NCBI RefSeq assembly: GCF_009914755.1
Contig: NC_060938.1
Length of the DNA: 64,000 bases
From: the human T2T-CHM13v2.0 reference genome, Homo sapiens
Reading direction: 5' to 3' (one strand)
Made by a program: the position numbers and the translations under genes. Of this stretch, positions 45,399 to 58,055 are shown one piece after another (the stretch's first letter is position 1; each line of letters begins with the position of its first letter). A model generated the notes under the pieces. The model saw nothing but the letters and a program-made list of their open reading frames with translations. It was not told the DNA's origin and ran no database searches.

Positions 45399-47959
45399 CT
45401 TTGGATCTGTCTTTACTAACAGCAGGCATGGCCTAAAGCTCAAGCTCAGATCCCCAGCCTGTCTCCCTGGGGGCTGGTGGTCAGTGTCCTTAGACTGGCT
45501 TCCCAGCAGCCTGCTTGTCTCTGACCCTTCCCCATGGCTGGGGTGAAGGAGGAGCTCCTGCCATGTGGAATGCTGCCCCACTGACATCTGTGACATCTGC
45601 ATCTGTGGGCTCGTTGCACCCAATGGGGACGGAAGGCTGGGAGCCTGCGTGTGCGTTCCAGGGGTGCTGTGAACTCACTCTGCAACCCTGCCTCTTCACA
45701 TGCCTTAGTTTCTCCATCTCTAACATGGAGGTGGCTCTATCTCCCCAGCCAACATCAAGTCACTGTGTTAGGAATTTCCAGCGCAAGGATTTAGAAAGCA
45801 GGAAGCACTGTGCAAAGTCATTCCCATCTCCATGCACATCCTTGCTTTATAAAAATGGAGATGATCCTGGCAGCTCTTGTTTACTGAGGGCCTACTTTGT
45901 ACCAAGCAGTGTGCCTCGCTCTTGATATTTGCTATCCCCTCCTAACTTCCTAACAACCTTCAAGGAGCACTTGATTACTCCCATTGTCCAGAGAGGTGCT
46001 TGAGGTTCAGCGAGGTCAGGTAACTTTCCCAAACCACATAGGAAGTAACCAGCAGGACAAGAGTCAATGCCAGGTCTGTCCGAGTGTTTGCTCCCCACCA
46101 CCCCCTGTCCCGGCCAACCACCACCCAGCTTCCTGGTACAAGCAGGGACTCTGGCTACAGTGCTAGCAGGGCCCCAGGCCTTCTTTCTCCAGAGCCATTG
46201 TGCCATGCTCTGGAGGATGCACACACGGTAAGTCTCTTAGGAATTGTTGACAAAACACGCTGGGTTCCCAGTGTCTATTATCATCATTCAACCTGATTAT
46301 AATTAGAAAGAGGCAGGCAGGGCTGGCCCTAATCCCAAGAGAATATCCTGTCCCCCAGAATCCCAGGACTGGAGAAATGTCTCTTGGGCAGAGGGCCCAA
46401 GCTAGTGTCACAGTGGGCAAGGAGGGTAAATGGCAGCTGTGGACAAAGGCCCTGGATGCCCTACCTGTGACAGTGAGTCATGTAGGTGACTGTCTCCTCC
46501 CATTGGGCCTTGATGTCCTTCAGCCGGGCCAGGATCCCGGGCTTCTGGTCCCCAGGGCAGCATGCCAAGAGGGCTTCAGCCATCCGTAGCACGAGGTCCA
46601 CCCTCACACGCCCCTCGGGCTCCAGCTGGCATATTTTCTGTTGTGGACACACAAGCCAGTTTCCAGGGTTGGCAAAAGGCAGACAGGCACAACCTTGGGA
46701 AGATAGTGGCATGGTGCAAAGAGCCAGGACTCGAAGGCCAGAGGATCTGGGATTCACATCACAGCCCCTGCACCCCTTCTTGTGGGGTCTTGGGCAACCT
46801 GCTACTAGCTCTGAGGGTAGGAGGCGGGAGCAAAGGCGATTAGCATGCTGGGTGCTGTCTGATGAATGGCTCTCTCCTTCCCCACTCGGCCCATTTCTAG
46901 AGTGTGAACTCAGACAAGTTTCATTCTCTCCTTGGACTTGGTTTTCTCATTTGTAAAGTGCAAGTATTAATCGTATCTATCTCTCAGATTTTTTTCAGGA
47001 TTAAACGATGAGAAAATGCATGTGAGGTACATGTTTCAGTGTGCAGCGTGAGCATCTACCTCTCAGGGGGACTGCGAGGAGCTGGCCCAACCCAGGGCCC
47101 AGCTGAGCCTCCAGAATCATCCCTGTCTTTCGCAGTTTGCACCAGAGCCTTGCTCCTGAGGCTGCTCCCACCAGAGACCAAGAGCAGCTGGGACACTGAA
47201 GCAGCTCCCTTCCTGGGAGATGCTGAGTGAGTGACTGTAACTCACAAACAGCTCATGTTCCTGCAAACTGCCTTAGAACCCACAGCTGTCTGAGATGGCC
47301 CCTCCTGACCCTGCTCCTTCCTCCCTGCTCTTCTGGCCTTGGGATCATATCTGCATCCCTCTGACCAGCCTCTCCTGGCTCCCTTCCTCCCCATATTCTC
47401 CCAGCGGGATCCCCCTAATAAATACCATGCACATTTCATCTCATCTTGGTGTCAGCTTCTTGGAGGACTAAGACCAATGCATGATGTCCAGCAAATAGTA
47501 AGTGTCCAAGTAATGCTAGCTATTGTCATTGCTGTTACTATTGCAGTTCAGGGGCAGCTAAGGCTTGGTCTCTGTAGGCAAATATGACTGGATTCCAATC
47601 CCAGGGCCACTCCTTACTGCTGCTGTGACCTTTGTCACAGGAGTTACATTCTCTAGGCCTAAGAATGAGGGAAGATAAGCATTAGGTAATGTAGGGAGAG
47701 CCATGAGCACGCTGCCCAGCCCACACCGCAACCCAGTCACTACCTGCTCACTATTATTATTATTATCCTTATCTTTGGATCTGTCTTTACTAACAGCAGG
47801 CATGGCCTAAAGCTCAAGCTCAGATCCCCAGCCCGTCTCCCTGAGGGCTGGTGGTCAGTGTCCTTAGACTGGCTTCCCAGCAGCCTGCTTGTCTCTGACC
47901 CTTCCCCATGGCTGGGGTGAAGGAGAGCTCCTGCCATGTGGAATGCTGCCCCACTGACA
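45399..47959 (+). repeat. Near-identical direct repeat pair (45399-45586 and 47773-47959) flanking coding exon 2
   Basis: CTTTGGATCTGTCTTTACTAACAGCAGGCATGG...GAATGCTGCCCCACTGACA occurs twice; I count 2 substitutions and a 1-nt indel in ~188 nt. Confidence 0.95.
46465..46637 (-). CDS. SYNE3: SYNE3 coding exon 2 (KICQLEP...MTHCH-S)
   Basis: Acceptor ccacaacag|AAA; donor CACAG|gtaggg; 173 nt, phase 0-2; matches ORF 46461..46757. Confidence 0.95.
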
Positions 47960-48082
47960 GCTGTGTGACCCCAGGCAGGTCACTAGGCTACTCTGGGTCT
48001 CCCTTTTTCATCCTGAGACAACGATAACAGTCTCTGCTTGTCCACCTCCCAGGGTTATAATATTAATTTTAAAAACACTTTT

Positions 48083-48413
<331 letters not shown>

Positions 48414-48547
48414 AAAAACACTATGAATTAAACATGGGTATAAGTTAGTGTACTTTGTAAACTGTTGAACAATTATGTAGACCCTTCCCCAATGTGTGCA
48501 AATGGGCAATGGTCCCCATCCTTTTTTTACTCCATACAATAATCGTT

Positions 48548-48578
48548 GATGATGACGATGATGATGACGATGATGATA
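48548..48578. repeat. (GAT/GAC)n microsatellite
   Basis: gatgatgacgatgatgatgacgatgatgat. Confidence 0.85.
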
Positions 48579-49019
48579 ATAGTATAGAAGGACTTCCCCT
48601 CCTACCTTTGTTATCAAAGAGTGAGGCAAACAAGCTCCTTCCAAAGGCTGTCTCTGTGTGCATGTGAGTGGGAGGTGCTCAGGGAGAGTGAAGAATGGGG
48701 AGATTCCTCAAGAGAGGGAAAGAGGGTTTGTTTGGCCAAGTAGCAGGATGTGGCAGGGGCCCAGGGGGTGGTGGCCACAGCAAGTACCCACACAGGGACC
48801 CCGAGTCCCTCTCAGCAGCGAGCAGTGATGGGGAAAACAAAAGTACCATAGTGGCCAGTGTGGCCTGAAGACCCAAGGGCCAGTGTGGAATGTTCTAGAC
48901 TGAATACGATTATCCACCCAGGATGTTTCACACCACCCAGGGGCAGGGTTCCACAGCATGGCTGAGGATGAATTTGTTGCCATTCAGAGAGAGATTTAAT
49001 TTGATTAAAAATAATAGTA

Positions 49020-49665
49020 GACCAGGCGTGGTGACTCATGCCTGTAATCCCAGCAGTTTGGGAGACCAAGGCAGGAGGATCGCTGAGGCCAGGAGTATGC
49101 AACCACTCTGGGCAAGACAGTGAGGCCCCATCTCTCCAAAAGCATTTTTTTTAATTAAAAAAAAAAAAAAACTAGCCAGGCACAGTGGCATATGCCTGTA
49201 GTCCTAGTTACTCAAGAGGCTGAGGCAGGAAGATTGCTTGAGCCCAGGAGGTTGAGGCTGCAGTGAGCCATGATCACACTACTGCACTCAAGCCTGGGCA
49301 GCAGGGCAAGAACCTGTCACTAAAAAACTAAAAATAAGAAAAAAAAGAGCCGGATGTGGTGGCTCACGCCTGTAATCCCAACACTTTGGGAGGCCGAGGC
49401 GGACAGATCACGAGGTCAGGAGTTTGAGGCCATCCTGGCCAACATGGTGAAACACCGTCTCTACTGAAAATACAAAAATTAGCCGGGCATGGTGGCGCAC
49501 ACCTGTGATCCTAGCTACTCAGGAGGCTGAGGCAGGAGACTTGCTTGAACCTGGGAGGCAGATGTTGCAGTGAGCCGAGATCACAACACTGCACTCCAGC
49601 CATCACACCACTGCACTCCAGCCTGGGCAACAGAGCAACACGCCGTCTCAGGAAAAAAAAAAAAA
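49020..49665 (+). mobile_element. Tandem Alu pair: AluJ-type (49020-49347) followed by AluS/Sc-type (49348-49665)
   Basis: Two head-to-tail dimeric Alus; the second begins in the A-tail of the first. Confidence 0.9.
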
Positions 49666-50993
49666 GAAAGTAAGATGATATTTCTGATTCCCAGAAATGT
49701 GAAAGGAGACTTCATATTCCCCAAGCTAGCAACACAATAAGTCCAAATTTACAAACAAGGGAGCTGGGGACCCACAGAAACCACCAGCCTTGAGGAATGA
49801 TTCTCTACAGCTGCCAGAGAAGCCTCCTCCACACCTGCTCCCAGCTTCAGCTCAGATGGAGTCCAGCTCTGAAAATCACAGGAGCCAACAACTCTGGGGA
49901 AGAAGTGAAATTCCATCTCCCTTGGCCACACCCAGAAGGAGCAGCCAGGTCTGGAATGTCCCATGCGGACAATGGCCCCTTCTCCAAAGCCTGGTGTCCT
50001 GACTGTGTGGTCCCCCCAGACCCCTGGACCTTCGTCCTTCTTATCCTCATGAAAGAGGCACAGGCTGGACAGAAGGGGACACAAAGACCCGAGACCCACT
50101 GCCTTTTCAAGGGAGTGAGTTTGATGCTTCTTTACCAAGGCAGAGGAGCTGGCTGGTCCAAAGGCAGGCAAGACACCAAGCCCCCTTCCCCGACCTGGAG
50201 AAGAAACGTCTGCCCTGAAAGATCAACCTGTAGGAAGTTTATTGGAGGCTTGAAGCCAGGGGAGGCCAGAGGCTGTGGCTAGGCTGGAAAAGCCGAATTT
50301 TGAGAAGTAGATTCCACTCTTTTTCACTGCGCTGATGATTACACTCTTTGGCTGGTGTGAGATTCTTTTATAGCCCATCACCAGCAAGGACACAGTCCAG
50401 GAGTGCTTGGCAAGGTCTGCGTGGCCAGCTGGGAGAAAGTACTTGAACTGCAGCCACAGAATTATTCCAATTTGTCGCAGCCAATGAGGGCAAGGGGAAG
50501 GTGGGGATCGGATGTAAGGAAACACCTTGGAGAGAAGTATCAGGAGACCAGGAAAGTGGAGGAATGGGGTTAATCAGGGTTTTCCCTCAACCCAGCCAAG
50601 ACCAGGTGACCCCCAGCTGAGCATTATGCTGAGTGCTAGGGTCCTGGATGAACAAGCTGGTAGGAAAGAGGGCTGCAGATAAGAGCGCAGACGACTGCAA
50701 AAAGGGCCAGGAGAGACCGCAAAGTAGTATGAGAGCTCAGGGAGGGATGGGAGAAATCCAGGAAGGCTTTGTGGAGGAGGTGGCATTGGCATGAAGCCTG
50801 CAGGTCTCTAATTAAAGACAACTGGAGAAGGATATTTGAGCAAAGGTAGGGAAGTAAGATATATTGAAGGATGAATGCATTGGGAATCCAAGCCTTGAGA
50901 AACACCAGGGTGCTCCTGACCAAGACGGTGGCCCAGAAGCTGGTGAGGAAGCTGCCTGGCTCAGGCCAGGACCCAGATACAGGACAAGGGAGC

Positions 50994-51062
50994 CTGAGAT
51001 CGTGCCACTGCACTCCAGCCTGGGCAACAGAGCAAGACTCCCTCTCAATAAACAAATAAATA
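50994..51062 (+). mobile_element. Alu 3' terminal fragment
   Basis: ctgagatcgtgccactgcactccagcctgggcaacagagcaagactccctctcaataaacaaataaata. Confidence 0.8.
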
Positions 51063-52282
51063 CATATGCTGGAACCTGGGAGTGTGGCTGGAAGCTCCTA
51101 AGACCCACTGCTGGAGGCTCTGGGGATGGGCAGGGACACTTGGTATGCTGTGTATCCCAGCTTCTAAAACCACAAGAAACGATCGCCTCCATTTCGCCAG
51201 CTCTGCCAGCATACCCTGCACTGTGCATACAAGCATGTCTATAAATGATCCTCCTTAATCCTCCCTCCTTCCTGAAAGGCAGCAGCTATCACTCTCCCCG
51301 GAAGCAAGCTGAAGCTCAGAGAGCTCTGGGAAATCCTCCTGAGGTGCCACAGCCATGGCAGACTTTGGAGCCCGGGCCTGCAGACCCAGTAGCCAAGCTC
51401 TCAACCCAGGAGCGATGGGTTCTCCAATCACACCTTACAGAAAGCCCCCACCCCACGAGGATTCTGGAGTTTCCCTTAACCCCTCGGGAACACAAGGGGT
51501 GAGGGGGTTCATTCCTGCTCTACAGATGGGAACATGAGGTCCCGGGAAGGCATGGGACATCCTCCCGGCTGCATGGCTATTAAGAGTCAGAACTGGATCA
51601 GAGCCCACGTCCCTGTCACTGCAGCAAACAGGCACTGGAGACAAGCCAACAGAGTTGGTGGAGGAAGCACAAGAGAGACCCCAGCACCCGGGGGCAGGTC
51701 CCATGGGTAGGTCGAGAGGCACTAGCTGCCCCCTCTTACCAGCTGGCAACAGGAAAACGTTTTCTTTCTTATTGTGAAATTGGTTTTGAAGTGGCAAAAC
51801 ACACAGTAAATGAAGCATGCCGGAGCCCCGTGGGAGGAGACACTGGCAGAACGCTCAGGCCATGACTCCCCTCTGCCTGGACTCCCACCCCCTCGGGGCT
51901 CACAGAAGTGCTGCCTCTGGCTTCCAGGGCCCATCCACCCTGGTCCTGCCAATGTGTCTTCCTAAGGACCACCCTTGACTTTGCTTAAACCAGAACCACC
52001 ACCTGGAGGGAAAGACCCACCAGCAAAGGGTAGAAAGTTTAAAATGCTAAGCACCCTAACACAGTGGGCACACAGGCAGGGCTGTGATGCTCACAGACAG
52101 GTAAGGTCAGGAGCTGGGGCTGAGAAAGGCGGAAACTGGTCAGGAGAGATGCACGGACAGGAGGGTTTCATTTCTTGTGCACACCCAGACCCACACAAAA
52201 AAGCATTCCAAGCAGAGGCAACACATGGACAAAGGCTTGGCGGTGGAAGGTCTACGAGGTCTTCTGCCAATCAAAGGAGGGC

Positions 52283-52870
52283 GTGAGCTTGCAAGGTGTG
52301 ACAGTGGCTGGAGCTAAGGCCGGTGTAAGCTTGGGAGGTGTGACAGTGGCTGGAGCTAAGGCTGGTGTGAGCTTGCGAGGTGTGACAGTGGCTGGAGCTA
52401 AGGCTGTTGTGAGCTTGCGAGGTGTGACAGTGGCTGGAGCTCAGGCCAGTGTGAGCTTGGGAGGTATGACAGTGGCTGGAACTAAGGCTGGTGTGAGCTT
52501 GCGAGGTGTGACAGTGGCTGGAGCTAAGGCTGGTGTGAGCTTGTGAGGTGTGACAGTGGCTGGAACTAAGGCTGGTGTGAGTTTGTGAGGTGTGACAGTG
52601 GCTGGAGCTAAGGCCAGTGTGAGCTTGCGAGGTGTGACAGTGGCTGGAGCTAAGGCCAGTGTGAGCTTGGGAGGTATGACAGTGGCTGGAACTAAGGCTG
52701 GTGTGAGCTTGCGAGGTGTGACAGTGGCTGGAGCTAAGGCTGGTGTGAGCTTGTGAGGTGTGACAGTGGCTGGAACTAAGGCTGGTATGAGCTTGCGAGG
52801 TATGACAGTGGCTGGAGCTAAGGCTGGTGTGATCTTGGGAGGTGTGACAGCATGGAGAGCTAAGGCTGGA
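52283..52870. repeat. 42-bp VNTR, 14 copies, inside an L2-like remnant
   Basis: Unit GTGAGCTTGCGAGGTGTGACAGTGGCTGGAGCTAAGGCTGGT starts every 42 nt from 52283 to 52829. Flanks (gcattccaagcagaggcaaca...; gagccacggaaggtttta) are L2-like. Confidence 0.95.
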
Positions 52871-54094
52871 AAAGAGAGTGGTGCAGATAGTGGGGGACTT
52901 TTGAAGCCAGGTGAAGTTTGCTTTTCCTTTGGTGGACAGTGAGAGCCACGGAAGGTTTTAGAGGAAGAGAATAACATCATGGGACCCACGTTAGGGGTGT
53001 GCCTCATACATGCTTGTGCAGTTGCCCTGATTGTTTGCATACGTGTCTCCATGAGGCTGGGAACCCTCAAGAGCAGGGTGGGCCTCACCCACCTGCACAG
53101 CCCCAGCCCTGGCATAGGGATGGCAGAAAGCAGGGGGTATTCCACTCTTGGGTGATCTGTGAGGGAGCTTCCCAGACAGAAGGTGAAGGGAGCACAGCAG
53201 AGAGCTTGAACGTGACAGGGCTCTGCAGGCACAGGAAACGGTGTGAGGAGACTCCATTTCCCCAGTTGCAAATGCAGACAATGGCTCCTGCCTCTGGATG
53301 AGGCGGTGACACTGAAATCAAACACTGACTTGGAAAGGTGATGAGGATTGTTAATTCCCACGGTCCACTTCCAGAAAGGGCATGAGATATATGCAATATG
53401 GTGCACAGTGCACAGAATCGAGAAGACAGCACACACAAAGGAAACACACAAGGAACCAGCTGTGGGGTCACCACTGCTTCCAGCCTGGCTGGGTGACTGG
53501 TTTGCTGCGGGAGAAGGCAGCACCCCACCCCACACTAAGAGCAACCATTGTTGGGTGATAAATTAGAATTATGGGATATCTAAATGGATGTGACCCCAGA
53601 GGTGTGGAAGTCAACTGCTCCATTTGCAGATGGGAAAACTGAAGCCCAGAGTGGGGCAGGGATTTGACCAAGGTCACACAGCAATCTAGCATCAGCAAGG
53701 AGATTATAACTCCGGCCTCCGACTCTTAGCTCAGTATTCTTCCCTCTTGTCCCCAGGCCACGGGCGACCCACCCTCAGACAGGGGCACCACGATGCCAGG
53801 CCAGGCACTGGGCACCAGCACTTAGTGCTACATGGTCTTGTGCCAGGTGGGGTGGGTAAAGCCAGACTATGGTTCTGGAGAAGCTCAGGAAGTCACTCCT
53901 TGCTGGGCAGAGCCCCTTCCCCGCTCCTCTGGAGGAAGACCTTGGCCAACCCAGATCTGGCAGGGACCCCAACCAGGCAGAAGCAGAGAAGGGGTGGGAA
54001 GCCCCCCAGCAAGGGCTGGGGACCCACCAGGCTGCACGGGTCCCCCCTGCAGGGACAGGAGGATGAGAGGACAGGCTCTAGTTCCTTGTCATCA

Positions 54095-54246
54095 GAGTGT
54101 GTTCCAAGGACCAGCAAAAATGGTATCACCTGGAACTTGTCAAAAGCAAAGTCTCGGACTTCACCTCCATGACCCGATCAGAGTCTACACTTAAACAAAA
54201 TCTCCAGGAGATCTGTGTGCACATCAGAGTTTGAGAAACATTGGTT
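54095..54246. mobile_element. MER5-like fragment
   Basis: ggaccagca...atcacctggaacttgtcaaaagcaaagtctc...agtttgagaaacattgg. Confidence 0.6.
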
Positions 54247-54347
54247 TAGTCCACCGTTGCCTTTCACAGATAGGAAACCTGAGGTCTGAGGGCGGGGTGG
54301 GATGGGGCCAAGACCACAGGGCCATCTGAGGCCACGCCTCTGCATAC

Positions 54348-54491
54348 CTCGGTCTCCCACAGCCTGGCCTCCAGGGCCGCGCGGGGTCCCTGCGTGTTGT
54401 CATTGACCTGCAGCTGGTCCTGCACAGCCTTCATCCATGCCTGGGCATCCTCCACGCTCCTGTCAAAGTCGTCCTGGGGCTGCTGAGTCAT
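54348..54491 (-). CDS. SYNE3: SYNE3 coding exon 1 (aa 1-48, N-terminal part of spectrin repeat 1, includes R43/L44)
   Basis: ATG at 54491 in GGTGCC-ATG-A context; upstream acceptor ttcag|CCCCTGCAG at 54505; donor GAG|gtatgc; 144 nt, MTQQ...LWETE. Confidence 0.95.
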
Positions 54492-55784
54492 GGCACCTGC
54501 AGGGGCTGAAGAAAGGGCCACAGATAAGGCCAACAGGCAGGAATGTAGGGGGCTGCAAAAAGACCCCCGGCAGGACACCTGGGACAGGCCCACTCCCACC
54601 ACCAACCCTCCCCTGGTGCTCCCAGTTGGGCAATATGGCCAGAGGTGAGCACGTTTGTCAGGAATGGAATTAGGCAGGGAATGAAAACAGGTCTGGCCTC
54701 TGGGAAAACTGGCCTAGGGCTCTGGCCTGGCAAAACTGCTTTGTCTTTGGCCTCTCAGGTTCCCTGCTTCCTCTTCTCGAAGCTTGAGGCCCGGAGGCAA
54801 TTCTCGTCTGTCTATTCAGATTGCACGCTCTCCAAAAGAGGACGTCAAAACCTGCAGTCCGAAACGTCTGGACCCATAATGATCTTGATTTGAATGGATC
54901 AAAGAGGCCTCAACCTAAGGAACACTGTTCTGGGCATGGGCCAAGCTGACACCAGCCCTGAGCTCTCCCTGAGATGAACTTCTCAGGCTGGGGATGGTCG
55001 TGTTAGGTTCATGCCATCCCCACCACTCCACCAACCTGGGTCCATGGGCAGGTCCTGCTAAAGTTACCCACTGAGCCACTCCCCTCTGACCTCTGCGCAG
55101 CACTCCTCGCAACCACTGAAAACGAACATAATGCTCGAGATGCAACCCGCTTGCTATGCCGGCCCTAGGTAACACCTGCCTGCTGGCATAGGTCACCCAC
55201 CAGAGACCCCTTTTGCTGGACTGTCCATTTGACTTCCCCTGGGCTATGGCTGCAAAGCCTCAGATTTTCTCCTGTGACTTTCTTAAAATCCCAGTTAGTC
55301 CAGGCAAAACTCTTCTGTATTCCAGTTCTAGTTGTCTGCATATAGCAACCATGTGACTGCTTTGAACTAAAGTTATTTGTATTTGCATTTTATTCAAAGG
55401 GATTGTGTCTGGTTTATCCTCCAGTCTCCCACAATACCTTGTACAGAGTAAGGCCAATGTTGTTAAATGAGCCCAGAATGGGTATAAAGTTTAACACATC
55501 AAAAAACTCAACATGGCATTATTTAAAATGGCAAAACAAAACCAGAAACAACCCACATGCCTAATTATAGGGGATTGCTTAAGTAAGTTATGGTACACTT
55601 GCACTTTAGAATATTATGCAGCCAGCAAAAAGGAGGCTTAAAATGAATTTGTGAATGGTAATTTTTAGGATATAATGGCAATACCAAAAAAGAGACAAAA
55701 TTATATATTAGGTAGTCACAACTCAACAACTAGTAAAAGCAAAACAAAACATTAACAAAAACTACACTCATAGAAAAAGGCTGG

Positions 55785-55866
55785 GGCCGGGCATGGTGGC
55801 TCATGCCTATAATTCCAGAACTTTGGGAGGCTTAGGCAGGAGGATCGCTTGAGCCCAGGAGTTCAA
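55785..55866 (+). mobile_element. Alu left-arm fragment (FLAM/AluJ-like)
   Basis: ggccgggcatggtggctcatgcctataattccag...ggaggatcgcttgagcccaggagttcaag. Confidence 0.8.
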
Positions 55867-57327
55867 GAAAAAGGCCAGGATGTCTTGCCATTAAAGGGTC
55901 TATGTGATCAAGTCAGGGCTGTGTGCAGTGGCCTTAGCCCCTTCCAGGCCTGGCTTTTAAGCACATTCCATGGGAACCTCAGGCCTCTCTCTCCCTGGCA
56001 TTGGGGGAGAGGCACAGTAACCTTGAAGGCCACTTGGTTGAGATGGGTAGGACCACCATTGGAAGTTTGTTTTTTTTTCCCTTATTTTTCTCTATTAAGC
56101 ACTTAGAATTTACTTTACAATTTTTATTACATTACAGTAAAAATCATCACTATTAAAAATAAAAATTGTCTTCACTCATCAGTTAGTAAGTATCTACTGG
56201 GAAGCTGGGCACCATCCCCAGGCCCTGCACGGGGCCAGAAGAAGCTTCGGGGAGAACCCACAAGAGAGAAGGAGAAAATGGAAGAGGCCATCAGACGCGT
56301 GCTGGGCCAAAGGATGTGGGCTGGCCAGGGGGAGGTGGGCGACGTAGCGGGCTGTGCTCTGGAAACCCGTCCTGTGATTCTCCCAGTGAGTTGCTTTCCT
56401 TTCAGACCTGTTTTGACTTTTTTTGTAACAACTTAATATGTTCCCTGTAGCCACTCCCTGCCTTTGAATGCTTTACTTGAAAAGTGCATTGGATGTGCAA
56501 GCATTTAAATGTATTTGTTGTGGCTCTAATTTCTCAGCTAGTGTGTGACTTGAATGGCTTCCAAAAACTCAGCTTTTATTTTTATTAAGCAAAGAATGGG
56601 AGGGACAGAGACGAGTCCTGCTGAGTCTCAGATGACAGGACAGTGGGGAAGCGTGGCTCTAATCATCAAGAGGCAGCGAGGCTTTAGAGCACCCCTTCTT
56701 GTTGGCAATGCCCGTGACCTGTGAGGCTCAGTGGTTGGTGTCTGGAGGGTATAGCAGATGAAACCCAGGGACCCGGTGGGGTTGAGCAGGCGGGGATGCT
56801 CAGACCAACCGAACTGTGGGCTGGGCGAGGCTGCAGGCAGAGTTCAGGAGACCTGAGCCTCCTCTGCAATTCTGCCTATTTTGCTTCAGTTCAATGAAAC
56901 ACAGGACTTAAGAGGCAGGCCTGATGCTATGATCGTAGCATCCAATAAGCAGACAGCAGACACTATCTTACTCTAAAGAAGCTCTCAGAGGAGCTTCTTT
57001 ACCACCTAATGTGGTATCAGGGACAGTTGAACAGGGAGTCTGTGAGGGACCTCTGAGGTTGTGGGTTGAGAGGGTCGATGTTACTGTGACCCCTGCACGC
57101 CAGGTCCTGGGGACCAGCTTCTGCCCTGGGACTACCAGACTGCTCTGGGTCCTCCCTTTTTCTGCCCGTCGGACCCCTCCTCAGCCAGCCTAGAGCACTG
57201 CTTCCTGTGTCACCACTCCCTGTAAGGCAGGACGAGGTAAGCCAGCCTCCCACAGCCATTGCACAGGCGCTGGTCACTCCCTGAACCCCTTGCAAGGAAG
57301 AATGGTCTGGGGGACACTGTCTATTGG

Positions 57328-57522
57328 CAGAGGTATACTCTTCCTGTAAAGGGTCAGGTAGAAAATGTTTTTAGCTGTCTCGGGCCACATACAGTCTCTG
57401 TTGCATAGTCTCCCTTGCTTTTACGACCCTTTGAAAATGTCAGACCCTTTCTTAGCTCACTGGCTAGACAAAAACACACCACGAGGGCACTTGGCCTATA
57501 GGCTGTCGTGAGCCATCCCCTA
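57328..57522 (+). mobile_element. MER58-like fragment
   Basis: ctgtaaagggtcaggtagaaaatgtttttagct...gggccacatacagtctctgttgca...tttgaaaatgtcagacccttttcttagctc. Confidence 0.6.
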
Positions 57523-57782
57523 TCTCAGGTGGTCCAAGGCTACAACCAGCAACTGCAGAAAGCCCAGCAGGCAGCAAAGCTAGCTGGCTAAGTGACCCCA
57601 CCGGCACATGTCTGGGAAAGAGTCAGCCATGAGGCCAGAAGGACCTAGAATTGGTCCCAGTGGTCAAGTCCCCATGACTCACTAGCTGTGTGGCATCTGG
57701 CTGGTCACTTAACCTCTCTGGGTGTCCATATTCTCATCTGGAAAATGGGGATAACACCTAGATTTAATTAATTTAAAAACCC

Positions 57783-57893
57783 ATCCAGGTGCAGTGGCTC
57801 ATGCCTGTAATCCCAGCAGTTTGGGAGGCTGATACGGGAGGATCACTTGAGCTCAGGACCAGCCCAAGCAGCATAGTGAGACCTCGTCTCTAC

Positions 57894-57927
<34 letters not shown>

Positions 57928-58055
57928 AGCCAGGTGGAAGGATCACTTGAGTCCGGAAGGTCCAGGCGGCATTGAGCTATGATGGTACCACTGCACCCTA
58001 GCCTGGGTGACAGAGAGAGATTCTGTCTCTAAAATAAATAAATAAATAAAAATTT
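57783..58055 (+). mobile_element. AluJ-type with internal deletions
   Basis: caggtgcagtggctcatgcctgtaatccc...; ~30-nt A linker; shortened right arm; (AAAT)n tail. Confidence 0.85.

Noticed and set aside
52441-53544. 367-aa minus-strand ORF with mucin-like PALAPATVTPRKLT repeats, and + ORF 52175..52546
   Set aside because: Length comes from the stop-free 42-bp VNTR; the rest has no recognisable domain, and the SYNE3 frame is complete without it.
54348-54375. Possible GC donor (GAG|GCCAGG) 21 nt inside coding exon 1 that would remove R43/L44
   Set aside because: Poor match to the GC-donor consensus; no support from sequence alone.
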